Source: an uncultured Alphaproteobacteria bacterium (lineage in GTDB: Bacteria; Pseudomonadota; Alphaproteobacteria; HIMB59; GCA-002718135). From it: 64,000 nt of DNA. The notes beneath the pieces were generated by a model. It worked only from the letters and a program-made list of their open reading frames with translations. It made no database searches and had not been told where the DNA came from. Shown here one piece after another: positions 18,743 through 28,253 of the stretch. The number at the start of each line of letters is the position of its first letter. Position 1 is the stretch's first letter. The position numbers and the translations under genes are program-made. The stretch is from the NCBI GenBank assembly GCA_902560725.1, contig CACEMR010000001.1:65027-129026 (forward strand), in the 5' to 3' direction.

Positions 18743-19725
18743 CGATCTACCAAATGATCTGGCTCAACTTCAACTAATCCCATTTCTACATTTACTTCCT
18801 TGCCATCTGCTGAGGCATGAGGGCATCTTGTTCTAAAAACACATCCAGAAGGTGGGTTCATTGCACTTGGTATCTCTCCTTCAAGTTCAATTGCTTTTGA
18901 TTTATTTTCAGGATCAATAGAGGGGATAGAAGATAATAATGCTTTTGTATAAGGATGTTTAGGATTGCTAAATAGCTTTCTTGATGGAGCCATCTCCACA
19001 ATGTGACCAAGATACATTACAGCAACAATATCACAAACATGAGCTACAACACTTAGATCATGACTTATAAATAAGTATGTTAAGTTCAATTCATTTTGAA
19101 GTTGTTTTAAAAGATTTAAAATATCTGCCTGAATAGATACGTCTAATGCTGCAACACTTTCATCTGCAACAATAAATTTTGGATTACTCACTAAAGCTCT
19201 TGCAATAGAAATACGTTGTCTTTGTCCTCCTGAAAAAGCATGAGGGTATCTTCTTAAATGCTCTAAATTTAATCGACATTTAGAAGCAATTTCTCTCACT
19301 TTTTCATCAGTTTCTTGACGTGAATTTGTAATCTTCATAACCTCTAAGGGTTCTGCGATTATATCTCTAACTGTCATTCGTGGGCTAAGAGCTGCATAGG
19401 GGTCTTGAAAGATTAATTGTGCTTTTTTTCTATAATCTTTCATTTCCCTTGAAGTAATAGTTGTTAAATCATAATCTCTCTCGTCATCATGAAAAATTAC
19501 ATTGCCTTGACTAATTTTGTTAGCTCCTAATATTGCTCTACCAAGAGTAGTTTTACCTGAACCAGATTCACCAACCAAGCCAAAGAAAGATCCTTTTTTA
19601 ATTTTAATATTAATATTGTTAACAGCTTTTATTTTTTGTTTTTTTGATAGAAAATTTTCTTGATAATCAAAAGAAACGGAAAGATTATTTACTGATACAA
19701 TATTTTCACTCATATTTTTCCACAA
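18721..19725 (-). CDS. Opp/Dpp-type ABC transporter ATP-binding protein (F-type) with a 4-Cys C-terminal tail
   Basis: Walker A GESGSGKTT, FSGGQRQR and FIVADESVAALD. The tail reads [10 protein letters not shown]...DRCGVNCG. Confidence 0.9.
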   Translation of the reverse strand: MWKNMSENIVSVNNLSVSFDYQENFLSKKQKIKAVNNINIKIKKGSFFGLVGESGSGKTTLGRAILGANKISQGNVIFHDDERDYDLTTITSREMKDYRKKAQLIFQDPYAALSPRMTVRDIIAEPLEVMKITNSRQETDEKVREIASKCRLNLEHLRRYPHAFSGGQRQRISIARALVSNPKFIVADESVAALDVSIQADILNLLKQLQNELNLTYLFISHDLSVVAHVCDIVAVMYLGHIVEMAPSRKLFSNPKHPYTKALLSSIPSIDPENKSKAIELEGEIPSAMNPPSGCVFRTRCPHASADGKEVNVEMGLVEVEPDHLVDRCGVNCG

Positions 19726-20696
19726 TCAACACCACATTTATCTAACCAATGACCAGGTTTAACTTCAACTAAACCCATCTTAATATTTTCTTCTTTACCT
19801 TCCTGTGAAGCATGAGGGCATCTTGTTCTAAAAACACATCCAGTAGGTCTATCAAGAGGACTTGGGATATTACCAGGTATTGGTGTAAGCGGGGCATCTA
19901 AATTATTAATATCAGGAAGAGCATTTATTAAACCTTTTGTATAAGGGTGCATCGGATTTTTTAAAATTTCATTTACTGGTCCTTGTTCCACTACACTTCC
20001 AAGATACATTACTGCAACATCATCTGCTACTTGTGCGATAACACCAAGATCATGAGTAATAAATATAACACCCATATTGAATTCTTTAATAATATCTTTC
20101 ATTAAATTTATTACTTGTGCCTGGATAGTCACATCTAAAGCTGTTGTAGGTTCATCAGCTAACAATAGTTTAGGCATTGTTGATAATGCCATAGCAATCA
20201 TTGCACGCTGTCTCATGCCACCTGATAGCTCAAAAGCATATTGATTAAATCTTTTTTCAGCATCTGCTATCCCCACTCTATTTAACATGTCTATTGATAT
20301 ATTTTTTGCCTCTTTTTTATCTAGAGGTTTGTGCAGCATAAGCTGCTCAACCATTTGACTGCCTATTTTAATGGCAGGTGCAAAACTAGCCATGGGTTCT
20401 TGGAAAATCATTGATACTTTTCCACCACGAATCTTTTTTAAATCATTTTTCGACGTAAATTTTAAAACATTTTCACCATCAATTATTATTTCAGCATTAT
20501 CATTATAAATAGTATTGCCTGGATTAAGCTGCATTATTGATTTTGCTGTAACAGATTTACCAGATCCTGACTCTCCAACAATTCCTAAAACCCTACCTTG
20601 ATCCAATGTTAAAGACACATTATCTATTGCTGTTATGCGACCTTCATCAGTATCAAATTTAACATCAAGGTTATTTATTTCTAAAAGATGACTCAT
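19710..20696 (-). CDS. Opp/Dpp-type ABC transporter ATP-binding protein (D-type) with a 4-Cys C-terminal tail
   Basis: [17 protein letters not shown] and [12 protein letters not shown]. The tail reads [10 protein letters not shown]...DKCGVDCG. Confidence 0.9.
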   Translation of the reverse strand: MSHLLEINNLDVKFDTDEGRITAIDNVSLTLDQGRVLGIVGESGSGKSVTAKSIMQLNPGNTIYNDNAEIIIDGENVLKFTSKNDLKKIRGGKVSMIFQEPMASFAPAIKIGSQMVEQLMLHKPLDKKEAKNISIDMLNRVGIADAEKRFNQYAFELSGGMRQRAMIAMALSTMPKLLLADEPTTALDVTIQAQVINLMKDIIKEFNMGVIFITHDLGVIAQVADDVAVMYLGSVVEQGPVNEILKNPMHPYTKGLINALPDINNLDAPLTPIPGNIPSPLDRPTGCVFRTRCPHASQEGKEENIKMGLVEVKPGHWLDKCGVDCGKI

Positions 20697-20698
20697 AA

Positions 20699-21859
20699 TT
20701 ATTTAGTTTTATGTGGATCTGCTGCATCTCTAAGACCATCTCCGACATAAACAAATGTTAAAATTAAAACAACTAAGAAAAAGACTGGTATGAAATACCA
20801 TTGATAGTTTAACAAAACATCTGCCTTTGTTGCATTTTGTAAAAGTACTCCTAGTGAATTAACAGGCTCTCTAAGACCTAATCCTATAAAACTAAGTGCT
20901 GTCTCTGATAAAAGCATGTAAGGAAAACTGATTACTAAATCTACAATGATGTAACTGGTAAAACTTGGTAATAAATGCCTTATAATAATATGTGTTGATG
21001 ATGCACCACACATTTGAGCAGCTAAAATATATTCTTGACTTCTTTCACTTAATAAATGTGTTCGAACACGTCTTGCTAATGTTGGCCATGAAATTAATCC
21101 TAACAAACACGATATAAAGAAAAATCGTAATTCTGAACTCCACTCAAGCGGTGCAAAAGCTGCAAGGCACATAAAAAGTGGTATAGGAGGTACTGTCCTA
21201 ATTGCATCAGTAAACATTTGAAGGACACTATCTATCCATCCACCATAGTATCCCGATATTCCTCCAATAATAAGTGATAAAACAAATGATATAAAAACCC
21301 CAAGAGTTCCAACTGCAAGAGAGATATATATGGCGCTTAAGGTTCTACTAAATAAATCTTTTCCTGCTTTATCTGTACCAAAGAGATGAATTCCACCTTC
21401 ATCAACACCAAATAAATGCGTATTAAAAGTAAAGCCAGGAATTTTAAAATCAAACATCTTTCCAGGAAGATTAATATTAAAATTAAAAACTTTATACTCC
21501 CAACCTTTCACAAAAAAATAAACATATCTTCTTTTTTCAGTATCAGTTTTATATATCCATCTAAAATTTGTATCTGCTCCTCTATATTTTGTTAATGTAT
21601 GTAAAAATGGTCTTGCTGAAAATCCATTTTCATCCCAAAACATCGGTATTTGTGGTGCGCCATTTTCATAATCTTTATCTCTTCCTTTAATTGTTGGATC
21701 ATAGGGTGATAAAAATTCAGAAAATAAACTGCAAACTATCATGAATAGTAAAATAGAACCTGCAATCATAGCCGCTCTATTTCCAAAGAATCTAGTTCTT
21801 ACTAATTGCATTTGGGTTGCAGTATAATATGCTTCTTTTTTTCTAGAACTAACCTCCAC
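20699..21859 (-). CDS. Opp/Dpp-type ABC transporter permease (C-type)
   Basis: TM-rich with an extended periplasmic N-terminal loop. BPD-transporter core (LSERSQEYILAAQMCGASSTHII). Confidence 0.85.
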   Translation of the reverse strand: MEVSSRKKEAYYTATQMQLVRTRFFGNRAAMIAGSILLFMIVCSLFSEFLSPYDPTIKGRDKDYENGAPQIPMFWDENGFSARPFLHTLTKYRGADTNFRWIYKTDTEKRRYVYFFVKGWEYKVFNFNINLPGKMFDFKIPGFTFNTHLFGVDEGGIHLFGTDKAGKDLFSRTLSAIYISLAVGTLGVFISFVLSLIIGGISGYYGGWIDSVLQMFTDAIRTVPPIPLFMCLAAFAPLEWSSELRFFFISCLLGLISWPTLARRVRTHLLSERSQEYILAAQMCGASSTHIIIRHLLPSFTSYIIVDLVISFPYMLLSETALSFIGLGLREPVNSLGVLLQNATKADVLLNYQWYFIPVFFLVVLILTFVYVGDGLRDAADPHKTK

Positions 21860-22862
21860 CCATAACTCCTTTCCTTATTCTTGGATCCATAATTGCTAAA
21901 ATTATATCTGTTACAAAATTTACAAAAACTATTGTTGCAGTAAGTAAAAATATTATCGCTCCTGCTAATTGTTGATCATTCGATCTAGCTAATGCTTCAA
22001 TTAAAAGTGCTCCTGCTTCAGTTAAAATTAGAATTAATGCCACAATTGGTAGTGCGCTAAAAATTCTATTTAAATCAAATCCAATTGAGTTAATAACAGG
22101 TCCAAGTGAATGTTTTGCAGGATAACGCCATAACAAGCTCATGCCTGATACACCTCTAGCTCTCGCTGCCATTACATATAACTTATCATTTTCATCTAAC
22201 ATTAGTGCTCTTACAGTTTGTAATGCAAAAGCTGTTGCATTCCAGCCTAAAACAAAAATAGGTAACCACGCTCTACCCAAAAAATCCATTAGTTTATCAG
22301 ATGACCAAGGTTGATTTTCATATTCTTGTGAAAATAATCCAGTCATCGTATCTCCGTAATAAACAGTCATAAAAAGCATAATACAAAGAGCAACCAAAAA
22401 ATTGGGGAGAGCTATTCCAAGATAGCTTACGAATTTAAGTGTATTATCTAAGGATGCATATTTCGTCGTGGCTGAAATGATTCCTACAGGTATGGCAATT
22501 AAATATGAAAATATTAATGCAACTAAACATATGGTTAAGGATAAAGTAAACCTTCCACTTAAAAGTTCATTAATATTCATTCTAAGAATACAGCTATCAC
22601 CAAAATCCTGCTTCACCACAATATCAGAAATCCATTTTCCATATCGATATAGAAAGGGTTTATCTAAACCCAAACGAACTTTTTCAGCTTCAATATCTTC
22701 AAATGTTATCTGTGAACCTTGAGTATTCTTAAATGCCAGGTATCTCTCAGCACATGTCCCTGGGACTAATTCCATTAAAGAAAAAACAATAAAACAAACT
22801 ATGAGTAAAGTTACTATTGCTAAAAAAGCTCTTGTAAAAGTAAATTGAATAAAATTAATCAT
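21849..22862 (-). CDS. Opp/Dpp-type ABC transporter permease (B-type)
   Basis: TM-rich, with an EAA-like loop (YVMAARARGVSGMSLLWRYPAKH). Confidence 0.85.
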   Translation of the reverse strand: MINFIQFTFTRAFLAIVTLLIVCFIVFSLMELVPGTCAERYLAFKNTQGSQITFEDIEAEKVRLGLDKPFLYRYGKWISDIVVKQDFGDSCILRMNINELLSGRFTLSLTICLVALIFSYLIAIPVGIISATTKYASLDNTLKFVSYLGIALPNFLVALCIMLFMTVYYGDTMTGLFSQEYENQPWSSDKLMDFLGRAWLPIFVLGWNATAFALQTVRALMLDENDKLYVMAARARGVSGMSLLWRYPAKHSLGPVINSIGFDLNRIFSALPIVALILILTEAGALLIEALARSNDQQLAGAIIFLLTATIVFVNFVTDIILAIMDPRIRKGVMGGG

Positions 22863-22897
22863 AATCCGTTCTTGTTAATTTTTAATTAAGAATATGT

Positions 22898-22936
22898 AGA
22901 AAAAAGAAAAGCGGCAATAAAAAATTGCCGCTTTTT
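22898..22936 (-). terminator. intrinsic terminator / intra-operon attenuator after the binding-protein gene
   Basis: Read on the minus strand: AGCGGCAAT-TTTTT-ATTGCCGCT (9-bp stem) followed by TTTCTTTTTTC. It lies in the 94-nt gap between the SBP stop and the first permease. Confidence 0.6.
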
Positions 22937-22956
22937 ATAATATTTATTTGTTTATC

Positions 22957-25005
22957 TTACTCGTCTAACCACCACTGGGTAGCTAAATAAGGATAAGTTC
23001 TGTAATACTCATAAGAAGTTGTTTTGAATTGAGTAAAGTTTTTCAAAGCATTTCTATGATATGTTGGGAAAGGTGCTTTTACTGTACCAATTAACAAAGT
23101 TTGCTCTGTTAACATTGTAGTAATTTTTTGACCCCACTCATTTGATTCAGCAGTACCTAATTCATATGATTGGAATTTATCAATTCCATCACTTAAATCA
23201 TATACCCATTGAGGAGGCTCTACACCATCTGATCCATTACTATCAATATAAGCAGCCCATAACATTCCTTGCGTATGGTTAAAATAGTTACCAAAAGGCG
23301 CTTTAAATGTTTCAGGATTACCTGCTATAATTGCTAATGGTTGTCCTTTATCCCATGCATGTACATCAAGAGCATTAGAAGATTGAGATCCACGATATTC
23401 ATCTGGAGTAACCTCTTTAAAAGAAGTTTTAACTCCTACATCGTTCCACATACGAGCTACTAATTCAACTTCAACACCACCTATACCTTGAGTAGCATAG
23501 TCAATGTTCATTGCAAAAGGCGCTCCATTAGGAAGTTCTCTAAATCCATCTCCATCCACATCTTTTAATCCAACTTCATCTAGAAGTGCGTTAGCACCAT
23601 CTGGATCATATTGAGTCATGTGCATTTTAATTTCATCAGGAACAAAGTCAGGTGCTGGAGAGATGCCAACAAACTGCTCAACAACTCCCATACCATAGTA
23701 AGCTACATCATTGATTTCATTTCTATCAAGAGCAATTGACATTGCTTGACGGAAACGAATATCACCATAGACTTTACGTTTTTCAGGATCTGGATGTGTT
23801 ACATTAAAACTAAATAATGCAGCGCCACAACCTGGGTTAATTTGAAGATTATAACCACCTGCTTCTGCTCCATCTAACAATTGAGGGGCAGATTCAAGTT
23901 GTACTGATTGTGATTTGTAATCAACTTCACCATTAACAAGTTTTAAAAGTCTAATCTCATTTTCATTGATGTATCTTTCATTTTGATAATCAATGTATGG
24001 TAATTGATTTCCAGCAGTATCAACTTGGTGGAAATAAGGGTTAGCAGCATAAACTCTACCCTCAGTAGTATCTTCAATAGTCATATAAGCTTCTAGTGAA
24101 GGATAAGCTGCATATTGTAATCCACTTACTAATTCTGGATTTCTTAACATAGGTGTAGGAGTATCAGTCCAACCTGAGTTACCATAATAAGCAGCAAGAG
24201 CATCCCAACCATCTGCAAAACCTAATGCTTGAGCATTTGCATCAGCGTTAGAGTCTATTTCTGGATGAAATTGTTCCAAGAAATGTGCAGGCATGAAAGC
24301 TTGGTTGTAAGACCATGCAAGCGTTGCTAATAAACCAGGGAATGGAGATGGTAAGTTAAATCTAACAGTTGTATCATTAACTACATCTACAGTCATAGGT
24401 TCTCCACCAACTAAAAGATATGGATAAGGCTTTTCTCTAATTTTCGGATTCATCATTAGATCTTCATACCAAAACTCAACATCTCTCGCAGTGAATGGCT
24501 CACCATTTGACCACTTGTGACCTTTTCTAAGAGTAAAGGTTAAAGTTGTGAAATCACTATTCCACTCATAATCTTTTGCAACGTTTGGAACAATAGTTGA
24601 TAGATCATCAGCAAAACGCACTAAGTTTACGTGTCTTGTTGATAACATATCAGATGTACCAGCTTCAGTTGCATTTGATAAAAAGTTAATTGTTCCTCCA
24701 TAAGAACCAATTGAGTCGTAAGGCACAACTACTAATGGCTCATCAGGCAATCTGTCTTCCACTGATGGTAGACTTGGGTTACCTTGAATAGTAGCGTTAA
24801 TACTCGCAATATTTGGATTATCATGAAAATGCATATGACAGCCAGCTGCGCTTTCATATTCTGATAATTCATATTGTTGAGGATACTTTCCACCCTGTTG
24901 TCCATCGTTCATTGTAGAACCAGAACAATCTGCTGCAAGAGAAGTGAAACTCCATAATGCAGTGGAGAAAGAAAATACAAACGCTATGAATAGTTTTTTA
25001 AACAT
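22957..25005 (-). CDS. ABC transporter substrate-binding protein, family 5 (peptide/nickel/opine/oligosaccharide type), unusually large (~680 aa)
   Basis: Start moved to the ATG at 25005 (MFKKLFIAFVFSF...SLAADCSG signal peptide), which is preceded by AGGAGA. The 22-aa upstream extension in the ORF track has no signal-peptide logic. Confidence 0.85.
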   Translation of the reverse strand: MFKKLFIAFVFSFSTALWSFTSLAADCSGSTMNDGQQGGKYPQQYELSEYESAAGCHMHFHDNPNIASINATIQGNPSLPSVEDRLPDEPLVVVPYDSIGSYGGTINFLSNATEAGTSDMLSTRHVNLVRFADDLSTIVPNVAKDYEWNSDFTTLTFTLRKGHKWSNGEPFTARDVEFWYEDLMMNPKIREKPYPYLLVGGEPMTVDVVNDTTVRFNLPSPFPGLLATLAWSYNQAFMPAHFLEQFHPEIDSNADANAQALGFADGWDALAAYYGNSGWTDTPTPMLRNPELVSGLQYAAYPSLEAYMTIEDTTEGRVYAANPYFHQVDTAGNQLPYIDYQNERYINENEIRLLKLVNGEVDYKSQSVQLESAPQLLDGAEAGGYNLQINPGCGAALFSFNVTHPDPEKRKVYGDIRFRQAMSIALDRNEINDVAYYGMGVVEQFVGISPAPDFVPDEIKMHMTQYDPDGANALLDEVGLKDVDGDGFRELPNGAPFAMNIDYATQGIGGVEVELVARMWNDVGVKTSFKEVTPDEYRGSQSSNALDVHAWDKGQPLAIIAGNPETFKAPFGNYFNHTQGMLWAAYIDSNGSDGVEPPQWVYDLSDGIDKFQSYELGTAESNEWGQKITTMLTEQTLLIGTVKAPFPTYHRNALKNFTQFKTTSYEYYRTYPYLATQWWLDE

Positions 25006-25121
25006 ATGTTTTCTCCTATAAGATAAATTTATCGTATACTTTTTTTGTATACAAATTAGAAGTTTTAGCAAAAATATTTTACAAATTTGTTACAATTTTC
25101 TGTTAAAAGATGTGTATTTAT

Positions 25122-26030
25122 TTAAAGCCAAATTGGGTTAGACCAAGCAAAACGGCCAAAATTATCAATAATTGTCACCCTAAACCAATTTGTGTCGATA
25201 TTGTTTAAATCAAAAATTGCCTCAGTAATGTTATTACCATTCTCACTTAAAGATCTTGCTCCTTGACCTACTAAAGTAATGTGTTCTGCAGGAGAGGATA
25301 CTACTTTTACTAAATTATTTTGCATTTCAAATTTTAAAATATCTACACCGGTAGAAGAATAATATTTTCCCATCTTCAATGCATCTAAAATAGATCTTTC
25401 GTTAAAATTTTCTGATGCAACCATCACCCACCCTCCACCAGCATCCGCCATTCTAAAATGTGAGTCATCAGTAGCTGTTAAAAGTATTTTCTTATTTTCT
25501 TCTAATAAATAATCTACAGTTGCTGTTCCAAATCCTCTTGCTGCCTCAATATGACATGAGTGATTGTATATTTCTACTCCATGCGCATGACTTACAGAAA
25601 TACATTCATCAAAAGTTAATTTGTACCATTCAGGATGTGCAATTGTTACAAATGCTCCAGAGTCAATAGCTCGCTGTATCATTTCTGGAGCTCTTTCTTT
25701 ATCATCAGCACATGTAAAATCTACTGGTAGTCCGTTTGCCACAATATGCCAAAGTCCATTATTAACATATTGTTTTCCTTTACAATGAAGTTCAGCAGAT
25801 GGAATTACAATAAAATTATTTTCATTTAAATTTGTTGTATCCAAAACTACTTCATTAGCAAATTTCTCTCCTTTCCATAAATGTTCAGAAAGACATGTAA
25901 AATCATAACCTAAATTTTTGTATTCATTGATAACTTCATTTGGCTTTAGTGCTCCATCCGAATGATTTGAATGTCCATGCAAGTTTCCTTTATAGTAACT
26001 AGTGGAATTTTTTGAGGGTAATAAATCCAT
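25122..26030 (-). CDS. PHP-domain metal-dependent phosphoesterase family protein
   Basis: N-terminal HGHSNHSDG motif plus downstream His/Asp ligand positions (SEH, AHPEW, DDSH). Confidence 0.6.
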   Translation of the reverse strand: MDLLPSKNSTSYYKGNLHGHSNHSDGALKPNEVINEYKNLGYDFTCLSEHLWKGEKFANEVVLDTTNLNENNFIVIPSAELHCKGKQYVNNGLWHIVANGLPVDFTCADDKERAPEMIQRAIDSGAFVTIAHPEWYKLTFDECISVSHAHGVEIYNHSCHIEAARGFGTATVDYLLEENKKILLTATDDSHFRMADAGGGWVMVASENFNERSILDALKMGKYYSSTGVDILKFEMQNNLVKVVSSPAEHITLVGQGARSLSENGNNITEAIFDLNNIDTNWFRVTIIDNFGRFAWSNPIWL

Positions 26031-26091
26031 AAAATTTGTATAAAAAACTTAATTTATATTTTATTATAACAAAATCTATATAAATAAATTA

Positions 26092-27141
26092 ATGTTAACT
26101 ACAGTAATTGGCGCTTATCCCAAACCATCTTATATAGAAATTACTGATTGGTTTAATGCTAAAGGTGGAACTGATACTGAACATCCAACTAAATTTTATA
26201 ATAATGAAATTAATAAAATGGGTTATAAAGTTGAAGAACTATTCAATAAAGCAACTAAAGAAATAATTAGTGATCAAGAAGAATGTGGTATAGATATTTT
26301 GACTGATGGTGAAGTTAGAAGAGAAAATTATATTCATTATCATTGTAGATATCTTGAAGGTATAGATTTTGATAATCTTACTGAAAAAGTTGCAAGGACT
26401 GGTAATTACAAATGTTGGCTTCCAACCATAACTGAAAAGATTAAAGCTAAAGGCTCTTTTTTAGTTGAGGAGTGGAAAAATAATCAAAAACTTACCTCAA
26501 AACCAATAAAAATTACAATTCCAGGACCCATGACTATAACAGATACTATAGCAAATACATTTTATAATTCAGATCAAGAGATGGGTGAGGATCTAGCTGA
26601 TGCAATAAATGTAGAAATAAAAAGATTAGTTGATGCTGGATGTAAATATATACAAGTTGATGAACCATTGTTTGCACGAAAACCAGAAAATGCTCTAAAT
26701 TTCGGAATTAAAAATTTAGAAAGATGTTTTAAAAATATTGAAGATCAAAATATTGAAAAAATAACTCACATTTGTTGTGGTTACCCTGATAAATTAGATG
26801 CAATTGATTATCCAAAAGCACCTTTAAATTCTTATAGTAAAATTAGTAGAGAGCTGGATGAGTCAATTATAGATACGGTTTCTATCGAAGATGCTCATCG
26901 TTACAACAACCTAGAATTTTTAAAAGATTTTAAAAATACAAAAATTATTTTTGGATTAATAAAAATTGCAAGTTCTCAAATAGAAAGCAAAGAAGAAATA
27001 GTTACAAGAATAAAAGATGCTTTACAATTTATTGACAAGGAGCAATTAATTGTAGCTCCAGATTGTGGACTAGGTCATTTAACTAGAGATTTGGCAAAAA
27101 TTAAATTAAAAATTATGGTTCAAGCTGCTAGAAGTTTCTAG
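26092..27141 (+). CDS. cobalamin-independent methionine synthase (MetE) catalytic-domain-only family protein
   Basis: 349 aa. Zn-ligand pattern THICCGYP (His-x-Cys) and APDCGLGH (Cys) with the (Y)IQVDEP motif. It lacks the N-terminal barrel of full-length MetE. Confidence 0.65.
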   Translation: MLTTVIGAYPKPSYIEITDWFNAKGGTDTEHPTKFYNNEINKMGYKVEELFNKATKEIISDQEECGIDILTDGEVRRENYIHYHCRYLEGIDFDNLTEKVARTGNYKCWLPTITEKIKAKGSFLVEEWKNNQKLTSKPIKITIPGPMTITDTIANTFYNSDQEMGEDLADAINVEIKRLVDAGCKYIQVDEPLFARKPENALNFGIKNLERCFKNIEDQNIEKITHICCGYPDKLDAIDYPKAPLNSYSKISRELDESIIDTVSIEDAHRYNNLEFLKDFKNTKIIFGLIKIASSQIESKEEIVTRIKDALQFIDKEQLIVAPDCGLGHLTRDLAKIKLKIMVQAARSF

Positions 27142-28253
27142 TGTACTAAAGTTTCTGGATTAACATATTCATAACTCAGATCATCAGCAATAGCTTTATA
27201 CGTCACTGAGCCTTTATAAATATTTAGACCATTCATAAAATTTTTGTCATTTTTTAGAGCTTTATTAAAACCATTTGTAGCTAAATTTTGAATGAAAGGT
27301 AAAGTAACTGCATTTAATGCAAGAGTAGAGGTTCTAGGAACGCCTCCGGGCATATTTGCAACGCAATAATGAACTACATCGTCAACGATGTATGTAGGAT
27401 TTGCGTGTGTTGTTGGTTTACTTGTTTCAACACATCCCCCTTGATCTATTGCTACATCAACAATTACAGATCCGCTTTTCATTTCTTTAATCATTTGTTT
27501 GGTAATGATTTTTGGAGCATTTGAACCAGGCACAAGCACCCCTCCGACTAATAAATCACATTCAGAAATATAATCCTGAATATTTATTTTATCACTATGA
27601 AGAGGTTCAATTTTATCTCCAAATTTTTCTTTCAATTCATCTAATCGTTTTTCTGATTTGTCTACTATGAAAACTTTTGCTTGCATTCCTGTTGCAATAA
27701 TTGCTGCATTTTCTCCAACAACACCTCCTCCTAAAATAAAAACTTTACCCGGTAAAACTCCAGGAGCACCACCTAACAGTAAACCACTTCCACCTTTATG
27801 TCTTTCAAGTGAGTAAGCACCTGCTTGGATAGACATTCTTCCAGCAACAGCACTCATCGGAGCTAAAAGAGGTAGTTTGTTATTATGATCACTTACAGTT
27901 TCATAAGCTATACAAATTGATTTTGAATCAATTAGGCCTTTTGTCAATTGAGGAGCAGCAGATAGATGTAAATAAGTAAATAAAATTTGATTTTCTTTTA
28001 ACATTGCTACCTCATTCATTAGAGGTTCTTTAACTTTAATAATCATGTCAGATGTATTAAAAATATCTTCTGCTGAATTTAAAATTTTTGCACCAGAATT
28101 TTCATAATCGCTATTTGAAAAGCCTGCCCCAAGACCTGCATTATTTTGAATCAAAACAGTATGGTTGTCTTTAACTAATTCTTTTACACTTTGTGGTGTA
28201 AGTCCGACTCTAGATTCTTGGTCCTTAATCTCAGAAGGAACTCCAACTTTCAT
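27138..28253 (-). CDS. ald: alanine dehydrogenase
   Basis: MKVGVPSEIKDQESRVGLTP N-terminus, ILGGGVVGENAA NAD motif, 371 aa. TAATG junction with the upstream aminotransferase. Confidence 0.9.
   Translation of the reverse strand: MKVGVPSEIKDQESRVGLTPQSVKELVKDNHTVLIQNNAGLGAGFSNSDYENSGAKILNSAEDIFNTSDMIIKVKEPLMNEVAMLKENQILFTYLHLSAAPQLTKGLIDSKSICIAYETVSDHNNKLPLLAPMSAVAGRMSIQAGAYSLERHKGGSGLLLGGAPGVLPGKVFILGGGVVGENAAIIATGMQAKVFIVDKSEKRLDELKEKFGDKIEPLHSDKINIQDYISECDLLVGGVLVPGSNAPKIITKQMIKEMKSGSVIVDVAIDQGGCVETSKPTTHANPTYIVDDVVHYCVANMPGGVPRTSTLALNAVTLPFIQNLATNGFNKALKNDKNFMNGLNIYKGSVTYKAIADDLSYEYVNPETLVH

Noticed and set aside
25006-25071. 22-aa N-terminal extension of the family-5 SBP ORF.
   Set aside because: The ATG at 25005 is preceded by AGGAGA and starts a textbook signal peptide. 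The extension has no function-like features.
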